Shown here piece by piece: positions 11,548 through 26,156 of a stretch of 64,000 nt of DNA (the first letter of the stretch is position 1; each line of letters opens with the position of its first letter). Position numbers and translations under genes: made by a program. The notes under the pieces are model-generated. The model saw only the letters and a list, made by a program, of their open reading frames with translations. It had not been told where the DNA came from and did no database searches. Where the stretch lies: assembly GCA_012026655.1 (NCBI GenBank), contig JAAILG010001183.1, forward strand, positions 1 through 64,000. Reading direction: 5' to 3'. The DNA is from Hydrolagus affinis (Eukaryota).

Positions 11548-13019
11548 CTTAAGAAAAGACAAAATGGGAAAAGCTCAGGATTTAAAAAAAAATGATCTTT
11601 ATATAAGAGAAGAAATGGCAAATACTTAATCGCTGATTACAATAAAATCTGGGAACTTCCTGTTACACAACAGATACCTCACAGGCAACATTAGTGACAT
11701 TACATATGTCTTTTTTTTAACAAACACCTGCATCATATTGCTTTTGGCACCAATGTGACCAGCCTATTAGCTACATAACCTACTCAAGGTTCTTATTCAT
11801 CTACTTACAGCAGCTTGCTTGTTCTTGCAAAAACAAACTGTTTGATAGAAAAGGGCTCTCTTCTGTAATGAATTAAATGTTACATAAAGTGCAAATTATG
11901 TGCCATTGTGGAAAATCAGGAAATAGCAGATTTCAGAAAGGTGACATCTCAATCAGCAATGGACAGATGAAAAGCTACAATCTGTTAGGCAATGGGAAAA
12001 TTCCAGCTACTTTTATTATCAAGAGGAGAGGTATCCAAATAATTTGTTCATTTTCTATAGACGGTCTGATCAGAGCAAATGGGATTAAAAAGTATTATAA
12101 CCATGGAGCCTCTGTATGCTTTTATCATTACACAAAGCAGGCTGACTAATGCTAACAGCTTAGTTCAATTTAAAAATGCGTGAAAGTTAAGGAGTGTTGA
12201 CAAGAAACCTATAATTGTGCTGATCCCATCAACTTTTGCTCTGCTTTGATTTCCCAAATTGATGAAACAGTAATTAGGCCATGTAATTTAAAGGGGGAAG
12301 AGAAAAACAGAATGCGAGTACCGTAAAAGAAAATAACTTGCAATAATTTTGAGATGGGGTCCATTGCTGCAAAAGTTTCTCCTTTCTTTTGAGGAGAAAG
12401 GTTCAGCACATTTCCACATGATTTAATATGCACACATTGCGAGTTCCCTAGACAACAGCTACACTGTTTTACTGTCATATAGCTTCAGTATCTTTAAGAG
12501 ACCGACCGTGTAAGCTGCAGAAATTCTACACTAAATATATCCATAATGCAAGTACATTAGGCCTTTTTTGCTCTGATATTATGACAATCTCTGTAAGTTA
12601 GCTTGACATTAGAACCTGTAGAATCTGATATTTGAAGTTTGCTGAGAAGCGGAGAATGAATATTGCATGCTCCATACGCTGAATCCACTGAGAGTGAAAC
12701 AGGGTTTTGTGTTTTAGCCTCAATCCACAATGGTTCACAATCTGGAAAGTGAAATATAGTTCTTTGGATCTGCCTAACCCTGTGGCTTAACTTTAAATGA
12801 TGAACACACAGATATTTGTATAGCCCAATTCTTTTTATTAACCTGTTCCAGTCATGAGTGTATCAATACAGTAACAAAATTAACAGGCTCAGTGTCTATT
12901 AAACTAAAAGAGTGTGAATAATTTCCACATTCTGTACTTATTAGAACTCGCGAACTGTCTTACTACCTTCAATCCCTTTCAATTTGCTCTAGTATATTTT
13001 TTAAATTGTTGTAGATATG

Positions 13020-13490
13020 GCACTGCAGATTATTCACAACTCTGTCCTCTCCCAGCCCAAACTCTATGAACTGATCTCGCCCATCTCCACTGGTTCCCCA
13101 TCTCTCAGAGGATCTAAAATCCTTGTCTTCACTTTTAAAGCCCTCCTCCCAGGCTTGCTTCTCTCTACCTCTGTGACTTAAGAGGTATACAAACCTGTCC
13201 ATCACTCTGCTCACCGGGCATTGACCTGCATATGTCTTTGCCCTATTTCACCACCATTGGCAATTGGGCCGTTGACCTTTTTGCCCCACCATCTGGAACT
13301 CCACTCGGGAATCCTTCACCTTGCCCCATGCCTCTAGGCCCATTTCAAGACCTTCTTCTTTGCCATTGGCTGCCCACCCATCTTGATTCCAACTTCCAGC
13401 TCAGGTACAAACCCTTAAATACCCAATGATTTGGAATGTCCTTCCGACGTGAAAGGCACGGTACGAAAACAACTTTGCTATTGTTGTTGC
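13020..13490 (+). mobile_element. Degraded L2 LINE 3' fragment
   Basis: ctgcagattattcacaactctg start; ends ggaatgtccttccgacgtgaaaggcac...ttgttgttg tail. Confidence 0.65.
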
Positions 13491-14849
13491 TTAAGGCAAA
13501 GTAACTTTAAAGTAATGTGACTTTGCTTTGAGTAATAATGTGCACCAGGAACCTAATAAATATTTCTCACTCAATGATGCTTCAGGCTGTTAACTGGATT
13601 TGATTGCTTTCAAGCATTATCAGGGGAGAAAGAGGGGAGGGAAGGGAATGCACCCGCAGTCCATTCATATTGCAAAAGAGTAAATCAAATTACTCGTGAA
13701 AAAACCTTCTCCAGGTTGTCTTAGGAATGGATATTAATATCCTAATACTATATCTGGATTTTAGTAGTAGAAGAAATAAAAATAAAATAACTTCAATGTA
13801 TTTGAGTGTACAAAGAAATAGTAAAGTCTAAGTAAAATGCTTCATAGAGATTAACTTGCCATTCAGGGAAACCCTAAAGAACAATAGGAGTTTAAACAGT
13901 TTGGTGTAGCAATGATTTTCATGCATTAGTTGAGCTAAGCTGTCATAGTGGATTCAACTGAAGCTTGTCTTTTGTTGAGAGATGTCAGTTTTTAATTTGA
14001 CGAGAGGAAGAAAATTATCTGTTTTGCCAACCCTCTAATTTCTTGACAATTTAATGCCATAATGACTGTGGTTAGTACTGAAAACCATGGTTTCACCTGT
14101 CAAGGATGAATGAATCAATACCCTCGAGCTGATGATCATATTTGAAAATGTCTTCCAACTCGGGCGGTTTCATTGCTGGGGGATATAATCACTCTATGGA
14201 ACAGTTTCTTTCAACATCAAATTGTCATTATCGTGATAGGAAAACAAGTGAAGAGCAGTGGAAACATTAGGTTGAAGTGCAACCACAGATCTGCTCACTG
14301 TTTTCAAACACAAGTAATGTCTCTATCAACTCTGGTAAACATTATTTTTGAAAAAGTTCCTGTTTTTTCAGGAACACATTGTTTCAAAAGGTGATTTTCA
14401 AATTAAATGGTTAAGTCTAGGTTATCATTAGATGATAGAAGAAAAGTGAAACTCCAATATAAATTAGTACTGACATTATAGATATATTACTGTTACTCCA
14501 AGCACATTGTTTATTTAAACATATGAAAATTTACTGAGCCAGAACAGATAATTTCAGCAGAATCAGAGGAATAAGAGCAATTTTGGATGGGAAACATTTG
14601 TGACTTGACTTACAACAGCAACAAATCCATAGAATAATGATTACTTTGTAGTGAATTTAAAAAGTTTAACAGGGTTTTAGTTAGTAATGTAAAATTCAAG
14701 GAAGAAGATCAAGTACTTTGTGTCTGTCATCAGACACAAAAACAAGGTTACTGTTTAATTTACCAGAAGGTACTTATTATTGTCTATCAGGATTGCACCC
14801 TAAATTATTTTCTTTACAGTTGAGGAGCTGTGTTGTAGGCCCGAGGCTC

Positions 14850-15545
14850 TCCTGCTTGGCAACTATTGGTGCCTCCTCATCTCAGGCCCTGAGAGTATCA
14901 CTATTCCTGGATGCATCCTCCATTTCATCAAGTCAGTACCGAATCTTGGTGTCTTGTTCGACCCTTAACTGTCCTTTTGAACGCTGCATCAATTCCATTA
15001 TCCGTTCTGCCTTTTGTTGCCTTTGCAACAATGGCCGCCTCCATTGCTATCTCTCTTCTCAGGTTGCTGAAATCGGCATTGCACTCTTTCATTACATTCA
15101 GATTTGACTGCGCTAAATCACTACTCACCCGACTTCCCAAATTCTCTCTCCACAAGCTGCAGATTATTCAGAACTCTGCAGCTTGTGTCCTCTCCTGCAC
15201 TAAATATGTGAGACGATTATCCCCATTTTTGCCCAGCTTCACAGGCTCCCCATTCTCCAGCGGATCATGATCAAAATCTTATCCTCACCTTTAAAGCTTT
15301 CCACGGTCACCAATCTATCCACTCTTGCCCATTCTATGCTGTAGGCCTGAGGCCTACAACTGGCTTGCTCCACCTTCCTTACCCTGTCTGCTTCACTATC
15401 GGGGGACAGGCCATCAGCCTTTCTGTCACCACCTTCTGGAACTCTATCCTGGTGCCCCTCCCCACTTGCCTCCTTCAAGGCCTGTCTCAAGACCTTCCTT
15501 CTTGATTATGCCTTCAGTCATCTCCCCTCCTCCACCCCTCTTTTG
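14850..15545 (+). mobile_element. L2 LINE ORF2 3' fragment (frameshifted)
   Basis: LHSFITFRFDCAKSLL..LP...LHKLQIIQNSAACVL in ORF 14911..15270. Confidence 0.8.
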
Positions 15546-18500
15546 AATTTTTATTAAACAGTAAAACAAATAGTAATGGTCTGTGTTATTGGAGATGAAT
15601 CAAAGTTGAGTCAAACACAATTTTAGATACAAGTTTGATCTGACTCTTAAATCAGAATTCAAGCCCAATCAATAACACAAAAGAATAATAAAATGGTCTG
15701 CTTGAGAACAGTATTGGAGGATATTTAACTAAATCTGGTCTTAAATTAAACAATCAACCTATAATCTATGATAATAAGTTTGAAAATAGATTCAAAATGT
15801 AAGTGTTTTAAGGCTTTGACATGCACTCACTTTCACACATGTCAGGTTTCAAGCATACACTACTGCACTTTGTTTCATCCCAAAATAAAGCAATTCTGCT
15901 CAATTTAAGTACCGACTCCAAACAATCTCTGAGCCTTCACTGGTTTACTCAATCGCAAATACATGGTGTGCTCAATCCAAATCCCTTTAGTAATGATGCA
16001 TTTTCTCAAGATTTGCAAACGTTGTGGTGCTTTAGAATGGAAATTTGCTGAAATTATTACAATTTCTCTGTGTTATGTTTTGATGCAGTTGTACTGTGAA
16101 CTAAGCCCTTTGAAACAATTTCACTAAAATGGGAACATCATTCTTGTCAATGCCACAACAACTAGAGTGCTACAGGTATACAACCCCTTCTGGATCAGCC
16201 ATAGCAGATAGTGTTGTTTCAAACAACTTCCAGTCAGATAGATGAATGAGCTCATCCCATTTCAGTGCTGCATGCAATCAGCCTGGGGGCAGTTTGAATG
16301 TTTGGATCAGACTGGAGCTGGTCTAATGTCTCTGGAATAGGCAGTCGGTTCTCAGCGATTGATATGACTATACAGGCTCCATCCTGTTTTTCTAATATCA
16401 AAACTGAATGTCCTGACAGTGCTAAATGATTCTACTGTTACGTCTTCTCTATGTTCTCATTCCAGCCAAATAAAAATGGTGGTATCCTCAGCCCAATTTT
16501 ATCACATCAAATTCTAAATCTAAATCAACTTCCCCTTTTCAAGCATTCAACATTTTCTAGACATTTATCAGTGGTTTCATTTTTTGCATGAGCTGACTGC
16601 AGATATTCTAAATTTCAAGATCCTATTTCATCAACACCCTGCCAGAACTATCCTGTGTGCCTCGGCTGTTATGTGCTTCAGTGGTTCATACAAGGCACAT
16701 ATTGAAGAAATGTTTGTGTGTGTATGCATGACTTTCTGTGATGGTAGCGACCAATACATTTTCTTCTGCATGAGAGGAGCAGCGAACTTCCATGAGGAAC
16801 AAAGCTATATTGGTTTGCAATGCACGATAATAGCCTAGAAATTCAGTTTACCGTTTGTTCCCATTAAGTTACAGGTCAGGCAATATTCTGTACATAGCAA
16901 GATTGTGATCTGACCAGTTGCATTTGGTCCTTAGTGGTAAATTCTTTGGCTTGTAGTTTTAGGAGAGCATAAAGCTGAGCCAGAGGCAAGTGTCCTGGCC
17001 TTCAACTGTAATACAGAAATATATTATTCATGCAACTGAATACAGTGGAAGATCAAGTGCTCTAGTGCTCAGGCACTTGGTTCTCAACTAGGAAGCCCTG
17101 AAACTTGAACACCAATCCTGTCTGACATTTCCGCTTCAGCTTTTCCTAGCTGGCTAGTTTCCCAGCCTCAACCAAGTAATCTGGGAGAATGATGGGAGAG
17201 AAAAGGAAGCCAGGAAGGATTTGATACACATAATCATAATGGCAATGAACAACGGTTACTCGGTTTAATAAAAAAGATACCTGTGGGCTGCATCCCAGAA
17301 ACGCTACAGGGTCAATTTGGAGTAGTCTGTTCAGTAACTGTCCCATGAAATTTGCTGGAGATAGACCTCCTTCGCCCACTGCCCCTGCACTCCCACCCAC
17401 AATACCATTTTCAGTGGTGTCATCCAAGAAACCAATTGACTTGGCATTAAACATCAGCCTTTGTGACTTCTGGTTGGTTGAATGCCAGATGTTTGAGTTG
17501 ACTGTTTAAAATAGCAGCAATCCACTAGCCAGCAATAAAACTATAAATGCACAGTATGCAATTTTGAAAGCGTGGGCTCAATTACTTGGACATTGTCTCC
17601 ACTGTGATGGTTGGTGGGGGGAAGGAGTGAGGTGTGAGGTGCGGGGGGAGGTGGGTGAGAGCAGTGAAATCCACCTCCAGCATATTAGTAATAATCCTTA
17701 CAATTGATATAGCGCCTTATCATGTCATTGAGATATCTATTAAGCAATCACCACAGCAATTTCCCTCACAGTTATGAAGTGAGTGACCAAATTATTAATT
17801 GGTGATAAAATATCAAATACATCTCCAAACAGAACTGCCCCCTACCCACCCCACCCCCCAACCCCACCACACACATACTCTTTCCACCAAAGTAGGCTAG
17901 ATAGGGCGCATTATGAAGACCTTATGGAATACTTATTTTTAACAATTTAGTAGAACGTATTGTGCAAAAAAAAAGAAACAAAATGAATAGAACTTTTCGT
18001 TAAATTCTCTTTTTACGGAAAAGCCCTACCTATTAGGTCAGTCTAGACTGCACATTTCTTCATGCCTCCTGGCAATATTGCTCTGCGATCTGCCAACACG
18101 AGACATGCTTTTGGCATTGAAGGACAGACTATCTCACCATTTTCCCTTTTGGTGTAACGCTCCATTTCCATTGACATGTTCCACTTAACAACCAAAGTGA
18201 GACACAACAAAACTCATCCATAACAGTTGGAACAGAGTGGCAGGCAACGAGATGAGAAGCACAATGCTTTGCCTGTTTCTCTGTCTTTGTTTAGTTTCCT
18301 GATTTTTCAATCGAAACATTGGAGATGACACTGCAGGCTTTTTAAAATGATTGTACTAGCCCTAACTACAAAATACAGGCCAAATAAGGTCATGTTTGGA
18401 TGATTGGGTAATGTAATATATTCTTATTTTCTGTGGTATTTCACTTGAATTCTGCTCAATAGTTTTGTTTTATTATAAATTTCCCTCTTTACCCAACTGC

Positions 18501-19554
18501 ATTCATACTTATTTTGCACAGAACAGATGGTAAATATCTAGGGATATCTGCAGCACAGTAACACAGCTCCGCTGCTGCACTGTAGTTTCAAAGCATATTT
18601 CTCTTAAGCTTTTGCATAGCAGCTGTCACGTTTTCATAATGTTGTGAATAAATATTTAAAAACCCTTAGTGCTCCTTTTGTTCATGAAACAACCTGGTGT
18701 GATTGTAAGGGGCCGAACTATTTTTTTTTGAATGAGGCATAAATCAAACATATTTTTTTAAAGAAAACAATATGTGTCAACTTTATCAATTTAAAATTAT
18801 GCAAAGAAACAATAAGTTTAATTTAATAATCCTACTAATTGACCTGCTGACAGGATATATTTATCTGTGTAGATTCAGCACGTGACATCACACCAGTCCA
18901 CATTTACTCAACAGCCCAAAGGCTTGAAAGGGTTTTTATGGTCTTAAATTACACAGCTTGATGTAGTGAAATACAACACTGTGACATTAATGATAATGAT
19001 GAGTTTTGTCTTTTAGTGGCAGATTTGTTACACGTGTACATAGCCTTAAATGGTGCAAATATATCCTAAAAGGATTTCTCTAGGCCCATTAAAATCATGT
19101 TGTGTTGACCTTCAAACAGAATTGTTCAAAAAAATGCCCAGACAAAGGTAAAGTGTTTTGAAAGAGTTATAACCCTATAAGATTTCTTTTATATGACTTC
19201 CAATTTTCTCTTGTGTAAATGTTGTTGGTTTGTTGATTGTTTTAACCATTGACACTGAAGGAACAAAAGGTTTCATGTATTTTTGGAGACAGGAAAACAG
19301 GAGACAACATTTATATCGCATCCTTCATGGGGTGTGGCTTCTCGGATGACTTAACAATGGTGTAGTTTGATGCTGAGCCATGGAGAAAGGGGAGGTGACC
19401 GTAGGCTTGGTTGGAGGGGAATGTCTTCAGATATGGTCTGAAAATGGGCAAAGAGGGTATAACACAAAGGGATTGAGGCAAGTAATTCCAGAGACGTGGG
19501 CATAGTAGTTAACAGCATGGCCGCCGATGGTAGAGAAGAGAGGTTAAAGGATGC

Positions 19555-19706
19555 ATTCGACTAACAACCAGGTTCCTACTTACTGCTAGGTAAACAGAAG
19601 TGTTTGAAATATGAAAACTTTCCCAACATTTCACCCTGGAGAGACTCAAACCCAGGTCCCCTCGCTTGCGAGTCGGGTGCTCCAACCACTGAGCTACAAG
19701 ACTCCA
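19555..19706 (-). mobile_element. tRNA-derived SINE 5' portion
   Basis: Reverse complement reads gtagctcagtggttggagcacccg...cctgggtttgagtc (A/B boxes). Confidence 0.7.
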
Positions 19707-20176
19707 CCTGGTGATTTCCGCAAAATTCCAACCAGATGCAGACAATACAGTAATTTGTGTTTTAGTTTCTTTTAAAAAATAACAGCGTGAAAGCTTTTTT
19801 CAAGTTCAGAGTAGTCTAAAAACCATAAAAACAAATATCATATCTTCAAGAAAACATTTGACAAATATATCTGATCACATCAATTCTTTCAAAAAGCATT
19901 CACATAAAATATGTTTACAATAGGAGCTTCTTTGCTTTGCTGAGGATTTAAAATGCCAAGGATTTTGAAAAAAACATTTTTATCAGTGCATTTTGAAAAA
20001 TACAATGCAAAATGGCAAGTGTAGGTTGAACATTGGCCTGCAGCCCATAGGAATGGATGTTATTTCTAAATAAACTGAGCAATAAGCCTACGGACAATAT
20101 CTGAGGTATTTTTGGCTAGTTACAAAGGTGCCTTGTAAATTGCATGTTAAGTAGGTTGTTGGAAACCATTAGGTTA

Positions 20177-20485
<309 letters not shown>

Positions 20486-21749
20486 TTAATATGTAAGTCT
20501 TTATAATATTGACCATCTTTTAAGGGGTGTATTTTGTTTCTCTTTCTTCTCCAAATGAAAATTGCTTAGACTGAATTATTTTCCCAATTTTCAAATTCTG
20601 TCGGCTGAGAAATTTGCACCAAGATAGCAAATGATTTGCATTTTTCGGTAATTTTTGAAAATGAGAAGGTAGAAATCGAGGTAAAATGTATTGTCTTTAA
20701 CTTTCCCAAGCTCATGCAAAGCATTAAATGTGATCACTGTGAGCATTATTCTGATTTTTATCAGACTCTACACTAATTTGCTTTCTAGTTTCCTTTTAAA
20801 ACTAACAGTGTGAAAGCCTTTTTCAAGTTTAAAATAGTTGACAAATCATAAAAGCAGTTACCATCCCTTTAAGAAAACATTTGACAGGTATATCTGATCA
20901 CATAAAATCTTTGTAGTCTGACCTCATACATTTTCATTTTCTCTGTTCACCGAATAATTTAAGAATTAGGAAATACAAATCATCATAATGCAGTCATCTT
21001 CAAGGTCAAGTCACCACAGTTTACTGAATTATGCTGACATTTTAGCTGCCATCATCATGTTTAAACAGCTTTCCAGAACTTACAACAGTAAAGAGATATT
21101 TCAGAGTACAATATTAGAACATAGACCAAAATGTCTACGCAAGCTGTCTGTGCACTGTTTTAAATTAATTTGCAGTTTCCAAACCTTAAACAGTTCCTGA
21201 TTCCATTTAACAGAGCTCTATTCTGACCTTCAAAGGATATTAACCCTATAAGCATTTAGCATTGCTTTTGTCCCACACACAAACACAACGTTTTAACCCT
21301 TTGAAACATTCAGAAAAAAATAATTTATTGAAATTGTTTTTGTAAAATTAATTCTCCTCCAAAAATGTGTTTTCTTGAATCAAAATATTATTTGAAATGA
21401 AAACCTGGCTGGATTGTAAATTAGAGAATTTAATACAAATTGTTCACTTTCATGTAAACAGTGTGGCATTGTTCATGTGACAATGTCATGTAAGAGAAGT
21501 TGCAGGCCTGAGAGACAAATTACATAATTAGGCAACTCAGGAGGTAAGTACCAGCCGGCATCTCCATTTGCAAAGGCAACAGAGCTCTGAAATGGTTAGT
21601 TGTGTGACATGAATGGAGCCAGACCTCTCCGCAAACCGTTTGAACAGAAACAAGACTGTGTAACGAGCAAAGGACCTTTTAAAGTCCAGACCTGATACTG
21701 TCAAATTTGAGGGTTTAATTTGTGGATTGTGCTCACCAATGTGATCATA

Positions 21750-21935
21750 CAATCATAAAATGCTACAGCACAGAAACAGGTCATCTGGCCCATCAAGTCT
21801 ATCTAGTGTTTCTCTCTACTTGGGTCCTCTATACTCCCAATCTCCTGATCACTCACCAATACCCTTTAATATTATTCTTTATCCGTCATTTATATAATTC
21901 CCTATTAAAAGATTTTAAGGTCTCTGCCTTGTGGA
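21750..21935 (-). mobile_element. CR1 LINE 3' UTR remnant
   Basis: cagcacagaaacaggtcatctggcccatcaagtct is the reverse complement of the CR1 3' end seen at 4400 and 37740. Confidence 0.6.
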
Positions 21936-22311
21936 CAGAAAACCTCACCTTTAATCTTTTTTGTAGCTGTTTTAAATTTGTGTCTTTATTGCTCATCGAC
22001 TGATTGGTAGAAATAATCCATCACTAATTATGCTATCATAGTAGCTGTATGTCCTTATAAAATTTAAAGCTTGTCAAGATGTCGGTTGACCGAATATATT
22101 TATACAGCATTTATGATGAATTCCCCACATTGCCACATTTACACCTCTTCCAACAGGGGAGAAGACGTGGGATAACTAAGGACATCACAACTTGCATTTA
22201 TATTTCGTGTCTTTTACAAAAAATAAGGACTTGGAGCACTTTATGATGATGGGATTGGACACCAGAAAGGGAGAGGGGTGAAGGAAAGGAAATTAGCAAG
22301 TTGGAAAGGTG

Positions 22312-22510
22312 TCAGCCTGGTTCAATTGGTAACAATCTTGCCTCTGAGTCAGAAGGCTGTGCGTCCAGCCCCTTCATTGGGATTTTTGTGCTCATGTTCA
22401 AGGTGACAAGGAACTCTGGCCTTCATATGACAGGTCTTATCTGCTTGTTCAGGTGGATATTAAAGACTGCACTATTCAAAAAGACAAGAGAGTTTCTCCT
22501 GATGTCCGAG
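22312..22510 (+). mobile_element. DeuSINE-type (SacSINE1/AmnSINE1-like) old SINE
   Basis: ggtaacaatcttgcctctgagtcagaaggctgtg head and ctgcttgttcaggtggat core. Confidence 0.65.
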
Positions 22511-22797
22511 CTGACAATAATAATAAAATAATCATCCTTGCATTTGATATAGCAATGCTTTCTCAATGCTATACAAACGACCAAGAATGAATAACCAATT
22601 GTGTAAAATTAGGTCATTCATTCTTAGTTGTTTGTGGGATATTGCTGTGCACAAACTGGATGATGCATTTGCCAACAAAAATATTCAGTCAGTAAACTTT
22701 ACAGTGAAACTGGGGAGATGCTTCAAGCCATTTAAATAAGTATAGTGCCTATTCATGGGACATCCAGCGCCTTGGGACATCCTCCCGATGTGAAAGA

Positions 22798-23590
22798 CAA
22801 CAACAACATGGATTTATATAACATCCTCCACGCCGGACGGGATGGATCCCGGGGCCGAGCCAGGGGGAGGGGGAAAAAAGGTGACCAAAAGCCTGTTGAA
22901 AAGAAAGGATCTTAGCCGAGACCTGAAAATAGGAAGAGAGGGGGGTGAGGCGACGGGAGTGAGGAAGGGAGTTCCAGAGCTTCGGGGTCTAGTGGCTGAA
23001 GGCACTGCTGCCGATGATGGAGCGGAGGATTTGGGGGCCAAGGAGGAGGCTAGACCCAGTATAGTGAAGGCAACGGGTGCTGTTATGAGGACAGAGGAAG
23101 TCAGAGAGCAGGGATTGCAGAGGAGTGGAGAGATTTGAAAACAAGAGTGAGGATCTTGAAAATAGATCCTCTCCGAGACAGGAAGTTAGTGCAGTCTAAC
23201 AAGGACTGGGGTAATTGGGGAACAAAGTTTGGTACAGGTGAGAATGCGGGCGTCAGAATTTTGGATAACCTGGATTTTATGAATGGTAGCAGAGAGACCA
23301 GCAAGGATGGCATTGGAATAGTCCAGCCAAGAGGTGTCAAAGGCATGGACCAGGGGTTTGGCGGCATTTGGGGTGAGATATTGGCGGAGATGGGCGATGC
23401 GTCGGAGATGGAAGAAAGTGGTGCTGGTTAAGGACCGGATGTGAGGGGAGAAGGATAATTGGGGGTCGGACCTGACGCCTTGGTTACATATGGATTTGGA
23501 GAATTTTAGGGGCAGGTCAGGTAGGTGGAGGAGGTAAGAGCTGTGGGATTGAAGATGTTGACGAGAGCCAAAGAGTATGGCTTCCGTCTT
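22798..23590 (-). mobile_element. L2 LINE fragment, longest in the window (post-RT ORF2 plus 3' UTR)
   Basis: ORF 23186..23728: KTEAILFG...DPQLSFSPHIRSLTSTTFFHLRRIAHLR...LVHAF..S.LDYSNAILAGL...IQNSDARIL...ITPVL..LH. Confidence 0.88.
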
Positions 23591-24719
23591 GGATTTATAT
23601 AGGGTTCTCCACACCAGATGGAGTCTCAAGAATGCGATAAATCTCATTTTGCACGATAAAGATGCTCTATAAATGTAATTTTGTTGTTTTTGTTGTAAGG
23701 ATGTCATAAGGTGATATATCAAAAGCAATGATTAATAATAACATAAGAACACTTATGCTTGTCATCCATAAATATACAGTGAATTCACTTTATAGCATAT
23801 TATGTGAAGCACTTTAACACGTCTAGAAGACGTGAAAAGCGCTACATTAAATGGAAGAATTATTATTAACATGGTTATTGATATTTCTGCTTCGAGTGCA
23901 AAGCAAAGGAGTCACCTTTACATAATCCATTTTCAAATATCCTTCTGAAAGGCTGAATCTACCAAAAGTACACCATTAATAATGGCAAATAGGAGCTGAA
24001 TTATGGGTTAATTTGGCTTCAGTTGGCTGCTACAAATAGCACATAGGTAACAACTGAATCTTCCTGTAGTAAGACATAATGGTGTTAGTTGAAGAGCTGT
24101 ATTACACAGAGATAAGCACTGATTGATTCAGTTCCGTAGATCTATTCTATTGCATGGAGTTTGGTGATTCGCTAATTTTAAAAATATTTGACTTCTAAGT
24201 GGAATTGAATAATGAGGAAAATTATTTTATATTGAAAATTAAAGGTTATATTATGGACAAAGCATTTGGTGGCTACGAGGAATTCCAATTTGAAACAAAG
24301 TGAAGCTGACAACAACACTCCCAGAATGCCCTAGTTGCCGACTCCTTTGCCTCCAGATATTTTGCATACTTGAACAACAAGCTGTACGAGTTCTATTTAT
24401 GGCTATCTCCCCACAGAAGCCTGCTGGGATTGAATGGCTGAGTAATGCTGCTGATGCACATCTGCGAAAGGCTTTTTAAAACTGGTAAATTATGATTGAT
24501 GAACTCCAGCTATCACGTAATATTATCAGGGACACTCGCTGCTTCTGTCCTTTGGTAACATCATAGAGGTCAAACTAAAATTATGTTAGTATTGAACACT
24601 TTAATAAGGTTACACGAAAATGTCTTTGGGAAAGGTCTAGCCATTTACAGTCTTGGAAGAAAGGCTACTTGCAGTTTATCCAATACGGTTGATTATTCAA
24701 GAACAGGCATCATTCTTAC

Positions 24720-24872
24720 CATCCTGTTGATACGGACAAAATCCTCTGGTTTCTTTGCCCACTGTGGAAGCTCGACATCAGAAACAGTAGTCCCATCCTC
24801 TCGGACACCAAGATTATAGGTATTACTGTTCACAAACATTTCCGGCAAGTAGTAGAATTCTGGGATCAACTC
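24720..24872 (-). CDS. NBEA: Neurobeachin exon, BEACH ([51 protein letters not shown])
   Basis: Manual translation; ttgaccag| acceptor, ATG|gtaaga donor; 153 nt; ELIPEFY motif. Confidence 0.95.
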
Positions 24873-26156
24873 CTGGTCAAGTGAGAATAGAACAAGTTAA
24901 TTTTATTTAACAATCTTATATTTTATGTCAAACTTTCCCACCTCATTTATTATCATTTGTATGCAATGGTGGGTTACATTCTGGGTACAGTATAATGAAT
25001 TGTAATATGTACTTAAAAATGATTACATGCATGACCACTGTGCAACTCAGAGTAAACTATGTTACCTGCTTATTGGATTTGTATGACATGAAATTATCAT
25101 TGTCATATTGGAATGTACTAAAGTTTATTACTTTAGATCAAACAGAAGTAAAAAATGTACATTTAGATGACCATTTGCTTTCAAGTGCAATTAAATAATC
25201 CAATTCATTCATACAAGACATATGAGTCCCTAGCAATCAAATGGATATCTTGATGTAATTTCTAAATTTGCATACAATACAAAATTATACTTGTAAAACA
25301 TCTTTCACGTCGGGAGGATATCCCATCCAGGGCGCTGAGAAGTCAGGCAGAGAACACAGAGTGATACTGCACAGAAACAGAACATTCAGCCCAACAATTT
25401 TGTTGCCAAGTAAATTGCTTGGGTGAACTTCACTTGAGGATACTGATTGTTTTATCTAAACTGATCTTTGCTTCTGGAGATAACAGCAATTAGCATTTTA
25501 AAATATACTGTAAATAATATGCAGTATCAATGAGTGATTTCAGACTGTATTGTAATTTCAGCATTGAGGCACTAATAATTAACCATTGGGGGGTTTATTA
25601 CATCATCTGAACTCCTTATTGTCAGTGCCCACGAGCCATTACTTTTATTTAATTGCAAAGCTTTACATGTGAAGTCACTTAACTAGCTTCAGATGTTGTT
25701 ATATTTAATATCCTATTGAGCCCTTCTCTGCTCAGGTATTGAATTACTAAGAATGGTTTCCATCTATGCAGAACATTGAATGTATGTTAATGAGGCAGGC
25801 GTTCCAAGAAGCAAAACAGACTAATCTAATTTTTTAATGCAATCTGTTAATACATTAAAACATCGATTGAAAAAGAAATTTGCACTCGTTACCTAATTAA
25901 ACTTTTTCTTATCAAATGACAATCATTAAGCACAAGCAGAAACTATTAAATTACTACCGTTCTTTATGGAAAAAAAGCTTATTTTGAACACACAAACCAA
26001 ACCTCCTCCAAATATTGTAAATTTAAAACCAAATAAGGTAAAATTAATTCATTCATTCATTTGCAAGAATTGAGCCTGTCATCTACATGTTCGAAGCAAC
26101 ATGATTACTTTGGCAGATAACAAGTGTTTACTGATTTTTGTTCATCTTAATATTAA

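Noticed and set aside
17610-17872. G-rich and C-rich tracts as functional G-quadruplexes
   Set aside because: They are low-complexity tracts next to a SINE remnant with no further support. The poly-G at 56472-56492 is part of an L2 3' UTR.
23186-23728. Functional reverse transcriptase or domesticated gene
   Set aside because: It is only the post-RT C-terminal part of L2 ORF2, with frameshifts and stops and no catalytic YADD region.
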